A DNA stretch of 64,000 nt from Saccharofermentanales bacterium (lineage in GTDB: Bacteria; Bacillota; Clostridia; Saccharofermentanales; DTU023). Positions 27,326 through 36,326 of the stretch are shown here, in pieces. Position 1 is the first letter of the stretch. Each line of letters begins with the position of its first letter. The translations under genes and the position numbers were made by a program. The notes beneath the pieces were generated by a model. The model was not told the DNA's origin. It saw nothing but the letters and a program-made list of their open reading frames with translations, and did no database searches. The stretch covers positions 44,954-108,953 of the forward strand of contig JBMNTB010000003.1 of NCBI GenBank assembly GCA_050945515.1. The letters are read 5' to 3'.

Positions 27326-29242
27326 CTATGGCTTTTGTAAAGTGGTCGGGTCCAGCGGTTCGACCAGGATAGTGGTGTAGTCGTCGTAGATGACATGGCC
27401 GGGATGGGCGCCTTTGGGTTTGCGCACATTGCGGATAGGGCAGAAGTCAACGGCGGTCTTGGCCAGACTGCCGGCTTTGCGGGAGAACCAGGCGGCGATG
27501 CCGGCGGCTTCTTCGATCGTGCGGTCGGGTATTTCTTCTTGCTTATGACTGATTATGACATGAGTGCCGGGGGCGTCTTTGACATGGAGCCAGAGATGGT
27601 CTTTGGCGGCTTGGCGCAGGGTGAGGCGGTCGTTTTGGATATTGTTGCGACCGACTGTGATCAGCAGCCCGTCCGAGGACAGATAGCGCCTGGGGGGCAG
27701 GGGCTGATCGGCAGGGTGTGGTTGTTGTTTTTTCTTTTTGGTCTGTTTAGGGTAAAAGGATTTCTTTTTGCCCGGCTTGCCGGGGTTGAGATTTAGCGGC
27801 GGGAGCTCTTTTTCCGACTGTTCCTGATGCGGGCGGCGTTCAGTTTGGCCGGTTGCGTTTCGGAGCTGCGTGGCCGTAAGGGCGCTTTTGCTGCTTTTGC
27901 GGTAGTGGCGGAATTCTTCATTAATGGCCTCCAGATCGGCTACTTCGGCTGCCGTGTCTACAGCTGTCTGTAGCGAGCGCAGCCAGGAGAGATTGCTTTC
28001 GGCGATCGCCAGCAGCTGGGAACCGATTTTCAGCTTGCTCTTGGCTTTGTTGGCGCGGCGGAAATAGCGATCGGCATTGGCGGGGCCGGAGGATAGTTGT
28101 TCCTGCAGTGGAATCTCGATTGTTTTTTGATCGGGGTCGTAATAATCGATAGCAGTCATGGTTCGAGCATTAGGCTGATACTGCCGGAGATTGGCTAGGA
28201 TCAGTTCGCCATAACGTTGGAATTTTTCCGCCTTTTCGCCCTCCGCCAGATCCTGGCGATGGAGATCGGCCTTGCGGGCTACCGCTTCTAATTCCTGATT
28301 CAGCAAGCGCTTCAGGTGCTGGCGCTTTTGTTCCAGGCGGTTACTCTCGCGTTGGCTGCTACTGAAGATGGTCATGGCCTGAGCGATGGAAGTGAGTGAT
28401 TTCTTGTGCAGCGGGGTCGGCAAGGACAGGGCGTAAAAATCCAGCGGGACCTTGGCATCGGTGCTGCTGTAATACAGTGTCGGCTGCCAGTGGCGCGCGA
28501 CGACTTTTTGCATCTGCTGTGCCAGAGCAGCGGCGAGCTGCATTTTTTGTGCCTGGTTCAGTTCCTGTAGCTGCAGCCGGGGATCCAGACCGCAGCCGGC
28601 GATAATCAGCCTGGCCGGAAAGGGCGAGAAGCCAAGGATCAGTGCCAACAGCGCCTGTTCGATACGCAAAGGGTCAAGATGCGGGGGGAAAGGTATGCCG
28701 GATGGCAGTGAGCTGAGCCATTCTTCAGGGCTGAGTTTATCCATGGGGGGTGGGAGCTGATAAGGATGTGCCGGCAGGATTTCCCGCACCCGATTAATGC
28801 TGTGATCGACATGGATAATGGCATTATGGATATTCCCCTCCGCATTGAGCAGGATAAGATTGGTGCGGCGGTTAATCAATTCAGCCACCAGACATTTTTC
28901 TACGCGGTCGTGGTATTCATCCAGCACCTGAAAGTGCAGGCGGAAAATGCGTTCGTAAGGGGGTGTGTCGATAGAAGTCAGGGTCGCCCCCTGCAGATAT
29001 TTACGCAGCATCATGCAAAACGAAGGCGCTATCTGAGGGTTCGGCTGGTCGGGACGCCCCAGGTAGATGGCCGGCAAAGAGGGATTGGCACTGATTGTCA
29101 ACTGTTCCTGCCTGTGGCCGTTGTAGAGTGTGAGCACGATCGTATAGCGGTCCGGCTGCATAATCCGGTCTACGCGCGAGCCGGCCAGTCTGTGGTTCAG
29201 TTCCTCACTTAATGCTGTGGCAGTAATTCCGTCTAAGGCCAT
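27326..29242 (-). CDS. rqcH: Rqc2 homolog RqcH / fibronectin-binding protein A family (NFACT)
   Basis: N-terminus MALDGITATALSEELN..L.GSRVDRI.QP, a coiled-coil middle section, and a C-terminal NFACT-R-like segment LWLHVKDAPGTHVII...CPIRNVRKPKGAHPG. Confidence 0.85.
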   Translation of the reverse strand: MALDGITATALSEELNHRLAGSRVDRIMQPDRYTIVLTLYNGHRQEQLTISANPSLPAIYLGRPDQPNPQIAPSFCMMLRKYLQGATLTSIDTPPYERIFRLHFQVLDEYHDRVEKCLVAELINRRTNLILLNAEGNIHNAIIHVDHSINRVREILPAHPYQLPPPMDKLSPEEWLSSLPSGIPFPPHLDPLRIEQALLALILGFSPFPARLIIAGCGLDPRLQLQELNQAQKMQLAAALAQQMQKVVARHWQPTLYYSSTDAKVPLDFYALSLPTPLHKKSLTSIAQAMTIFSSSQRESNRLEQKRQHLKRLLNQELEAVARKADLHRQDLAEGEKAEKFQRYGELILANLRQYQPNARTMTAIDYYDPDQKTIEIPLQEQLSSGPANADRYFRRANKAKSKLKIGSQLLAIAESNLSWLRSLQTAVDTAAEVADLEAINEEFRHYRKSSKSALTATQLRNATGQTERRPHQEQSEKELPPLNLNPGKPGKKKSFYPKQTKKKKQQPHPADQPLPPRRYLSSDGLLITVGRNNIQNDRLTLRQAAKDHLWLHVKDAPGTHVIISHKQEEIPDRTIEEAAGIAAWFSRKAGSLAKTAVDFCPIRNVRKPKGAHPGHVIYDDYTTILVEPLDPTTLQKP

Positions 29243-29414
29243 CTTTCCCTTGTCCCTGTCGAGTCCAAAAATATATATGTCTGAGAGCAGTTAGCGCTAT
29301 TTATAGTAATATTCTTCCGGCTGGGTTCCGGTAATTGTTGTCCGTTACAGATCAAGTATCTTGGCGCTAATCTGATCTTTTTGTATAATATCATATGATC
29401 TGTGAGGTGATCTG

Positions 29415-29663
29415 ATGGCGAAGAAAAATGATAACGATTATGGCTTCCAAGCCTATAGTGATGAGCATCTGATCAAGAGAATCTGGCGCGTCGGTATCGG
29501 TCGATTTTTCCTGCTGTTCGTTGGCTGTGTGCTCTTAATTCTCCTCAATCTGCTCATATCTCTGAACAAGGTCAAGATTTTTCTCACTCTGATCGGCATT
29601 GAAGTTCTGATTGCTTTCGTAGCCGGCTGGATTTATTTTTTCATCCGCCAAAGATCCGATTGA
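29415..29663 (+). CDS. Small two-helix membrane protein, function unknown
   Basis: 82 aa. GAGGTG lies upstream of the ATG, and a TG-extended -10 element (tTGTATAAT) lies upstream of that. Two hydrophobic segments are present. Confidence 0.5.
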   Translation: MAKKNDNDYGFQAYSDEHLIKRIWRVGIGRFFLLFVGCVLLILLNLLISLNKVKIFLTLIGIEVLIAFVAGWIYFFIRQRSD

Positions 29664-29700
29664 CACTAAAGAGCATTTATCTCCAAATTTAAATTAGTTC

Positions 29701-29740
29701 TTGACAAGGTTGTTCATTGCCAGTAAACTACAATTAGTTT
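29701..29740 (+). promoter_or_regulatory. Promoter with overlapping inverted-repeat operator for the blaI/blaR1-like operon
   Basis: TTGACA (29701-29706), 17-nt spacer, TAAACT (29724-29729). The inverted repeat AAACTA-caat-TAGTTT (29725-29740) overlaps the -10 element and contains the TACA core typical of BlaI/MecI/CopY boxes. Confidence 0.5.
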
Positions 29741-29772
29741 ATTACTGATGAACAGCTTGGAAGGATTATGCC

Positions 29773-30138
29773 ATGGCTGATTTGACTTTAGGTGTAATTG
29801 AAGCCCGCTTCGCCGATATTATCTGGGAGCACGAGCCGATCGGATCACGTCGGTTGGCTGAAATCTGCAGCCGGGAACTCAACTGGAAACGTCCAACAAC
29901 CTATAATGTTCTGCGTAAATTGACAGAAAAAGGTATATTTCAGAATCAGGACGGTATTGTCAGCTCACTTCTTTCGCGTGAGGAATTTTATGGCAAGCAG
30001 GGCGAACGCTTTGTTGAGGAAGCCTTTGACGGTTCATTGCCGGCTTTTATTGCCGCTTTTACCCGGCAAAAGGCTCTGACCTCCGCAGAGATTGCGGAGA
30101 TTCGGGCCATGATTGACGCAGCTGAGGATAAATCATGA
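29773..30138 (+). CDS. BlaI/MecI/CopY family transcriptional repressor
   Basis: 121-aa winged-helix protein (IWEHEPIGSRRLAEI...WKRPTTYNVLRKLTEKG). Its end overlaps the M56 sensor gene by 4 nt. Confidence 0.85.
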   Translation: MADLTLGVIEARFADIIWEHEPIGSRRLAEICSRELNWKRPTTYNVLRKLTEKGIFQNQDGIVSSLLSREEFYGKQGERFVEEAFDGSLPAFIAAFTRQKALTSAEIAEIRAMIDAAEDKS

Positions 30139-32813
30139 GCCATTTGTTTATCCGCCTCTTTAATATGAGCATCACTGCCAGTTGGTTGATTTTGGTCATC
30201 CTTCTGTTGCGTCTGATTTTCCATAAAGTGCCGAAGGCGATAAGGGTCGTCCTGTGGTCTTTGGTAGGTGTCCGGTTGATTCTGCCGTTCAGCCTGGAGA
30301 GTGTGCTCAGCTTGATTCCGAGCGCGCAGACAGTGTCGCTGCAGCCGGTCCCGGAGTTTGTGCCGACTGTACCGGGAAGTCCGGCGCTCACTTCCATACC
30401 GGGAGCAGCGGTAAGACCTGTCGTTGACAGTGGCTTCCCTTTCATCAATGAAGCGGTCAATCCGGCGCTTTCCAGGGTGCAGACTGCAGAGGCGAGTGTC
30501 GATCCTGTGCGGAATCTTTTATCCGTTCTGACTGTGATCTGGCTCGTAGGCGTTGCAGTTTTACTGGTCTATGCGCTGCTGGCCTATATTCGTTTGCGCC
30601 GCAAGGTCAGCCCAGCGCTTAGATTGCAAGGGAATATCTGGATCTCCGACTATGTGGATACGCCTTTTATCCTGGGCCTGATCAAGCCCCGCATCTTCCT
30701 GCCCTCTAACCTGGCTGAGGAGCAGCGGCCATATGTGATAGCCCATGAACAGGCGCATCTTGCGCGCAAAGATCATTTGTGGAAACCTCTGGGTTTTGTT
30801 TTACTGGCGGTCTATTGGTTCAATCCTCTGATCTGGGTTGCCTATTATCTATTTTGCCGGGATATTGAACTGGCCTGCGATGAACGGGTTATCCGCTTCA
30901 TGTCCACCTCGGACAAGATCGCCTATTCCGATGCCCTGTTAGAGAACAGTGTAGCAAGACGCAGCATTATGGCCTGCCCGCTGGCTTTCGGAGCCGTGAG
31001 TGTGAAGGATAGAGTCCGCTCGATCCTTAATTATAAGAAGCCGGCTTTCTGGGTGATTATCGCCGCAATTGTTGTTGCCATTGTGCTGGCAGTCTGTTTT
31101 CTGACTAATCCCCAGATAAAGAGGGGAGACGATCCTTTGGCGCCTTCGCCGGAAGACGATGAAGTTGCGCAGGTTACTTTGTCCGATGAGCCGCCCGCTT
31201 CTACAGACAATGCTTTGCCTTCGGTGTCTATGGAGTTTGAGGGACCAGAGCTCAAGGTTGGGGACAGATATGTTGCTGTTAATCCCATCTATATCGATCC
31301 TGATCATGCCCGCTATCTACCACCCATGACTTATGTCAGTGACGGATTGGATTATCTGATTGCTGAGGATTCAATCACTCTCTTTTCCAGGGGTACCGAT
31401 GCGAAAGCAGGCAGCATAACTGTTCCGAGCCGGCAGTGGAGGGAATTTCCCTATTCCGTTACAGGGTGGGAAAAGATGTTCAGGCAAAGCGGGGTGGACA
31501 ATCCTTTATTGGATCTTGATCAATACCGGGAAAAACTCTATTTGCCACTAGCACCCGAATTGGAATTGTTTTATCTGGATGGCGATATCTGGTTGGCTTC
31601 TGTCAGGGCGTCAGAAGAGGGCAGATATTTTCAGGAGATCAACCATTTTGTCAAAGCCGAGTTGCCGTTATTCCAAGTAGTTACCCCTGCCTATCAGGGC
31701 GTGTTAGACAGGAAGATGGAAAGACTGATCCATGCCTATATCACTGATTTGTATCAGAATAAAGAGCTCGGCACCACTGTTGATTTGAGCAAATATATTG
31801 CGGGGGAGTCTTTGGCAAGTTACCTGGAAAAACTGATTAGTCAGCAGTATCAGTACATTTCAAGGAGTGGTTTCCAAAGATACAACTATCTGCTCGGCAT
31901 TGAGATTCTGGAGGTTGAGGAACTGGCGGAGGATACTACTTTTGTTAAGTTGGCTGTATCTTTAAGTTACAATAGTTTAGGCTTGGATAATTATATGTCT
32001 GTCGGCGACATCGTAAATTTGATTGTGTCTAAACAACAAGGCGAATACAAGTTGACAGATCAATATATTGTGGAAGGTTACTATGACACTTTATTGCGTG
32101 GACCTGACTTTGATCTGAAGACAGAATATCTGAGTCGTGGCATAGAATCTCTCAGCGAACAGCAACTGTCGGCGAAAGATCAGGAAGTGAATGCTAAGAT
32201 TGCCACTTGCGAGCAAGTGATTTTCCCTCGTTATCAGTCTGAAGAATTAAAGGACAGTGTTGATAAGACGGCAAAGGAAAACATGCTCATTTTCACCTGC
32301 AAGCTCTATGAAAATATGAAGTGCGGACAGGCCCATGATCTCAGTTCCTATCTTGAGGGCGAGATGCTGGAAGTGTTTGTGGCGGAAAAAGTCAGATTTG
32401 CTCAGTTTATTAACGAATTGGCTGCCAGCAAAAAGTTTGAAGCCGGCAAATATTTGACGGGTGCTCCAGATCAATTAACAGCCGATCCATATGAGATAGT
32501 CAGTAAGCTGCATCATCTGGAAAAGATTGAAAACGATATCTATCTGGCCGCAGTTCAGGTTATATCAAGTACCCAATACCCTGACGGTGAGTGGGGCGGG
32601 TCCTCCGTCCAGGTAGATTTGTTGCTATCGATCGCAGACAGTGAGGTAAAAGTAATGGATTGCTACGAGCCCAATGATGTATTTGACGCTTATGTACGTG
32701 GCGGCAATATAGATCTGAAATTTGATTATCGTCGCAAGCGGGATATACGGCATCTGCGCAAAATTGACATCCTTACCAGATCGGCACAGCTGTTCGGCGA
32801 TTATGCTGATTAG
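30135..32813 (+). CDS. BlaR1/MecR1-like M56 peptidase signal transducer with a large non-PBP C-terminal domain
   Basis: N-terminal transmembrane helices, the HExxH zinc motif (AHEQAHLARKDHLWK) and a further transmembrane helix (FWVIIAAIVVAIVLAVCFL). A C-terminal region of about 560 aa follows and shows no SxxK/KTG penicillin-binding motifs. Confidence 0.8.
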   Translation: MSHLFIRLFNMSITASWLILVILLLRLIFHKVPKAIRVVLWSLVGVRLILPFSLESVLSLIPSAQTVSLQPVPEFVPTVPGSPALTSIPGAAVRPVVDSGFPFINEAVNPALSRVQTAEASVDPVRNLLSVLTVIWLVGVAVLLVYALLAYIRLRRKVSPALRLQGNIWISDYVDTPFILGLIKPRIFLPSNLAEEQRPYVIAHEQAHLARKDHLWKPLGFVLLAVYWFNPLIWVAYYLFCRDIELACDERVIRFMSTSDKIAYSDALLENSVARRSIMACPLAFGAVSVKDRVRSILNYKKPAFWVIIAAIVVAIVLAVCFLTNPQIKRGDDPLAPSPEDDEVAQVTLSDEPPASTDNALPSVSMEFEGPELKVGDRYVAVNPIYIDPDHARYLPPMTYVSDGLDYLIAEDSITLFSRGTDAKAGSITVPSRQWREFPYSVTGWEKMFRQSGVDNPLLDLDQYREKLYLPLAPELELFYLDGDIWLASVRASEEGRYFQEINHFVKAELPLFQVVTPAYQGVLDRKMERLIHAYITDLYQNKELGTTVDLSKYIAGESLASYLEKLISQQYQYISRSGFQRYNYLLGIEILEVEELAEDTTFVKLAVSLSYNSLGLDNYMSVGDIVNLIVSKQQGEYKLTDQYIVEGYYDTLLRGPDFDLKTEYLSRGIESLSEQQLSAKDQEVNAKIATCEQVIFPRYQSEELKDSVDKTAKENMLIFTCKLYENMKCGQAHDLSSYLEGEMLEVFVAEKVRFAQFINELAASKKFEAGKYLTGAPDQLTADPYEIVSKLHHLEKIENDIYLAAVQVISSTQYPDGEWGGSSVQVDLLLSIADSEVKVMDCYEPNDVFDAYVRGGNIDLKFDYRRKRDIRHLRKIDILTRSAQLFGDYAD

Positions 32814-32840
32814 CCGCTGATTAGCTAGACACCAGACCTT

Positions 32841-32871
32841 AAAGAGGTCGGCTGTGCGGGCCGACCTCTTT
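32841..32871. terminator. Bidirectional hairpin terminator between convergent genes
   Basis: AAAGAGGTCGGC tgtgcgg GCCGACCTCTTT. Confidence 0.75.
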
Positions 32872-32903
32872 CGATAGTGAAAATTCTAATTAAGATATAG
32901 TGC

Positions 32904-34133
32904 TTACTGGGCAGGATCAAATAGTTTGCGGATCTTGTTCGAGGGATCGACCAGCGAACTGAGCGAAGCATTATGGTTAATGGCATCGATCAACAGGGCG
33001 ACGAATTTGCCCATATTGACATCGACATACCAGGGAGCGTCTAACAGCTCCTGATTGCGGTAGATCAGATTGGTACAAAATACCCGGTCTATATTGCCCT
33101 CGGCATAAGCTTTATCAAATAGCGCAATGCCGTCAGTGAAGAGGCCAAAAGTAGCGATGCAGAAGATACGGTTGGCTTTCATGGCTTTGAGCTGCCTTGC
33201 CAGTTCCAGCATCGAGTCGCCTGAGGAAATCATATCGTCGATAATCAAGACATCTTTTCCTTTGACTGAATCGCCCAGGAATTCATGAGCGATAATGGGA
33301 TTGCGGCCGTTTTTAATCATGGTGTAGTCGCGGCGTTTGTAGAAAGTACCCAGAGGGACGCCCATCACTGAGGCATAGTACATGGAGCGCGTGATAGCGC
33401 CTTCGTCAGGGCTGATAATCATTAGATTGCTGCGGTCTTTGATAATCTCCGGGTACAATTTGTTGAGCGCTTTCAGCACCTGATAGACAGTAGGAACACT
33501 CTCAAAGCCAAAAGTAGGAACCGCATTGGCGACCCGGTCGTCATGGGCGTCAAAAGTAATAAAATTGGCAACCCCGAGATTATCCAGCTCTTCCAGCATA
33601 TAGGCACAGTCCAAAGATTCGCGGGCATTGCGGCGGTGCTGACGGCCCTCGTAGAGATAGGGCATAAAGACATTGATCCGGCGTGCTTTGCCGGAACTGG
33701 CCAGGATAACACGCTTCAAGTCCTGATAGTGGTCGTCAGGGCTCATGTGATTGACACAGCCGCGGATATTATAGGTTACTGAATAATTGGTAGGATCGCA
33801 GATGATGAACAGATCATGGCCGCGCACCGTGCGTTCAACTACTGCTTTGCCCTCACCGGAGGAAAAACGGAAAGTATTGACCGGAACAAAATAATCGTCG
33901 CGCAGGAAACCGGGGCTGATTATGGTATCCGGCTCGCTCTCCATATATTCTTTGCGCCTTTGCACTAGAAAGTTGTTGACGATGGTGCTGAATTCAACGG
34001 CACTTTTCATGGCAATTAGACCGACAGGTGCATAGGCCGGCATGGGATTGTTGCCATATTGATCATATTTGTAGTAATTGGGGTCGTAGGTGAGATCATT
34101 AGATCTTTCATGACGATGTATATCTGGACTCAT
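32904..34133 (-). CDS. Ribose-phosphate pyrophosphokinase (PRPP synthetase)-like protein, long divergent form (downstream paralog)
   Basis: Prs-like motifs: FSSGEGKAVVERTVRGHDLFII, PYLYEGRQHRR, FDAHDDRV and VLIIDDMISSGDS. ATG 34133 (MSPDIH...) lies 5 nt after GAGGAGG and is preferred over the track start at 34175. Confidence 0.75.
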   Translation of the reverse strand: MSPDIHRHERSNDLTYDPNYYKYDQYGNNPMPAYAPVGLIAMKSAVEFSTIVNNFLVQRRKEYMESEPDTIISPGFLRDDYFVPVNTFRFSSGEGKAVVERTVRGHDLFIICDPTNYSVTYNIRGCVNHMSPDDHYQDLKRVILASSGKARRINVFMPYLYEGRQHRRNARESLDCAYMLEELDNLGVANFITFDAHDDRVANAVPTFGFESVPTVYQVLKALNKLYPEIIKDRSNLMIISPDEGAITRSMYYASVMGVPLGTFYKRRDYTMIKNGRNPIIAHEFLGDSVKGKDVLIIDDMISSGDSMLELARQLKAMKANRIFCIATFGLFTDGIALFDKAYAEGNIDRVFCTNLIYRNQELLDAPWYVDVNMGKFVALLIDAINHNASLSSLVDPSNKIRKLFDPAQ

Positions 34134-34161
34134 TGTTTCCTCCTCGGCGGTCAAACTAAAA

Positions 34162-35430
34162 TTAATAAATGTCAAATGAGAGCTGTCTTGGGTCGTGACT
34201 TAATTGCTGTTTTTGGGCGTATAGCTGCCGGTACCGTTCCTGATGTTTCCGGGCCAGCTTATCGATTCTGTCGGCAGGAGCCAGCAGGGCAGATAGGGAA
34301 GCGTCGTGATTTAAGGCATCTACCAGCGAGGCCAGATCTTCTGCCATCGGGACATCGTAGTACCAAGGTGAAGCTATGATTTGCGGCGCCCGGTAGGCCA
34401 TGTCCGTGGCAAAAACACCATTTATAATGCCGCTGGTATAGGCCTGGCGCATATGATCGATGCCTTTGGTGAATTGGACGAAAGATGCGGCACAGAATAC
34501 TCTCTTGGCACCGTGAGCCTTAAGATAAGAGGCGCACTCCAAAAATGTCAGTCCGGTATCCATCAAATCATCAACCAGCAAAACATCCATTCCCGTTACA
34601 TCATCACCGAGATATTTTCTGGTGGATTCCTCAATGATTTGACCATTTACACTTCTGAAATTGCGGTCGGAATAGAAGATGCCCAGCGGTACTTGCAAAG
34701 TGGAAGCATAGAAAATACAGCGGCTGATGCTGTCTTCATCCGGGCTGACAATAATAAAGTGATCCGGATGAAGATTAATATCAGGGAATGCGTCAAATAA
34801 TGTGGCCAGGATTTGGGCCGAAGTAGGGAAAGTTTCGAAATTATTCCGGGGCACAGCATTGGCGATCCTTCCATCATGTGCGTCGAAGGTAATGAAGTTG
34901 TCAACGCCCAAACCAAACAGTTCCTGCAGCATTTGAGCACAGTCCAGTGATTCGCGGCCGTTTCTTTTATAGCGTCTGCCTTCATAAAGATAGGGCATGA
35001 TGACATTGACACGGGCTGCAGTCGGACGCGTTGTCAGTACCAGACGGACTAAGTCTTGGTAATGCTCATCCGGGCTCATGGTCACGCTGCTGCCATAGCG
35101 CTGATATTTTCGACCGTAGTTGAGGACATCGGTAAAGAGGAATACATCATGGCCGCGGACCGATTGTTCGACTGTTACCTTGCCTTCACCGGAATCATAG
35201 CGATCCATATTGACATTAATACGATAATCATCGCGAGCAAAGCCGGCACTATTGACGAGATCAGGCTCAGCCTCGACATACTCCTTGCGCCTTTTGACCA
35301 GATGATAGTTAATCTGTGAGGACAGAGTTGGATCGAGCTGGTGCGTAATCATGGCAATAGGTCCGATCGAGTCTAACATCGTATCGCTATAGACCCGGTG
35401 TCGGTAGTCGGTGAGATTAAAGTACATCAT
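34162..35430 (-). CDS. Ribose-phosphate pyrophosphokinase (PRPP synthetase)-like protein, long divergent form (upstream paralog)
   Basis: Prs-like motifs: YDSGEGKVTVEQSVRGHDVFLF, PYLYEGRRYKR, FDAHDGRI and VLLVDDLMDTGLT. AGGGAGG lies upstream of the start. Confidence 0.75.
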   Translation of the reverse strand: MMYFNLTDYRHRVYSDTMLDSIGPIAMITHQLDPTLSSQINYHLVKRRKEYVEAEPDLVNSAGFARDDYRINVNMDRYDSGEGKVTVEQSVRGHDVFLFTDVLNYGRKYQRYGSSVTMSPDEHYQDLVRLVLTTRPTAARVNVIMPYLYEGRRYKRNGRESLDCAQMLQELFGLGVDNFITFDAHDGRIANAVPRNNFETFPTSAQILATLFDAFPDINLHPDHFIIVSPDEDSISRCIFYASTLQVPLGIFYSDRNFRSVNGQIIEESTRKYLGDDVTGMDVLLVDDLMDTGLTFLECASYLKAHGAKRVFCAASFVQFTKGIDHMRQAYTSGIINGVFATDMAYRAPQIIASPWYYDVPMAEDLASLVDALNHDASLSALLAPADRIDKLARKHQERYRQLYAQKQQLSHDPRQLSFDIY

Positions 35431-35601
35431 ATTACTTATATTACCTCCCTGATGCTGGACAAAATCATTATATCAATGGCAGTATGAATACTCTAATAAT
35501 AGCAAATAAAGTGAGACTAATTAGGTACAAGTTTAACAATTACGAAAAATGGGGCCGGTTCCGTTCAGAACCGCCTTTGATTAACAGGTACAAGATTGAC
35601 A

Positions 35602-36240
35602 ATGACAAAAGAGATCAATTTCAGATTGACAAAAGTGTTAGCTACCTGCGGTACAGTGCGTCAGTTCCCGCAAGCGGATCCGGCGCGCCCCGAAATTGTT
35701 CTGTCCGGGAAGTCAAATGTCGGTAAGTCAACCTTGATCAATGCCTTGGCCGGCAGCAAAAAATTGGCCTATACCAGCCAGACACCGGGCAAGACGCGGT
35801 TGATTATCTTCTTTGAAGTCGATGATGCTCTGCGCCTGGTGGATGTTCCCGGCTATGGTTATGCCAAGGTTTCAGCGGACGCACGAGACAAGTATTCTGA
35901 CCTGACGAATGATTATCTGACGGGTGATCGCCCGTTGGCCCATATTCTTTTATTACTTGATGCCCGACATAAGCCCGGCGCCCATGATTGGCAATTGATG
36001 GATTGGTTGCAGGCATTAGGCCATCCCTGGTCTGTTATTTTGACCAAAAGTGATAAATTGTCCCGGCAGAAATTGCTGGAGCAGAAAAAGTTAGTTAAAA
36101 ATTTGATTGCTGCCAGGTTTTCGCTTGACGAAGACGCTATCCTTGTTACCGGTGTCTCAGCGGTGAAGGGCGGCGGCATTCTCGAGCTGCGCCAGTTTCT
36201 GGCTTCACTGATCAACGCCCGCGCTAAAAGAACTGACTGA
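35602..36240 (+). CDS. engB: Ribosome-biogenesis GTPase EngB/YsxC
   Basis: G1 motif GKSNVGKSTLINAL, G3 motif DVPGYG and G4 motif TKSDK. The start is uncertain (TTG 35596 or ATG 35602), and no clear SD sequence is present. Confidence 0.85.
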   Translation: MTKEINFRLTKVLATCGTVRQFPQADPARPEIVLSGKSNVGKSTLINALAGSKKLAYTSQTPGKTRLIIFFEVDDALRLVDVPGYGYAKVSADARDKYSDLTNDYLTGDRPLAHILLLLDARHKPGAHDWQLMDWLQALGHPWSVILTKSDKLSRQKLLEQKKLVKNLIAARFSLDEDAILVTGVSAVKGGGILELRQFLASLINARAKRTD

Positions 36241-36326
36241 TGTTTTGTAGGGCTTTGAATGGCCGTGACAGGTCTTTGCAACTGATCTGCTTCATTTTGC
36301 ATTCATAATTATGACAAGCTGTTGCT

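Noticed and set aside
27395-29212. Antisense ORFs inside rqcH (27395-27796, 28396-28605 and 28766-29212).
   Set aside because: These are typical long spurious frames in a G+C-rich gene, and their translations are low-complexity (G/A/R-rich). The sense-strand protein has clear NFACT/RqcH motifs.
32904-35430. The Prs-like pair as phosphoribosyltransferase-type defence effectors.
   Set aside because: Homology runs the full length to PRPP synthetase, both N and C domains, rather than to a lone PRTase effector domain. There are no partner genes such as a reverse transcriptase, a sensor or a toxin.
35484-35726. An 80-aa ORF overlapping the engB start.
   Set aside because: It has no RBS, it overlaps the well-supported engB frame, and its translation has no recognisable features.
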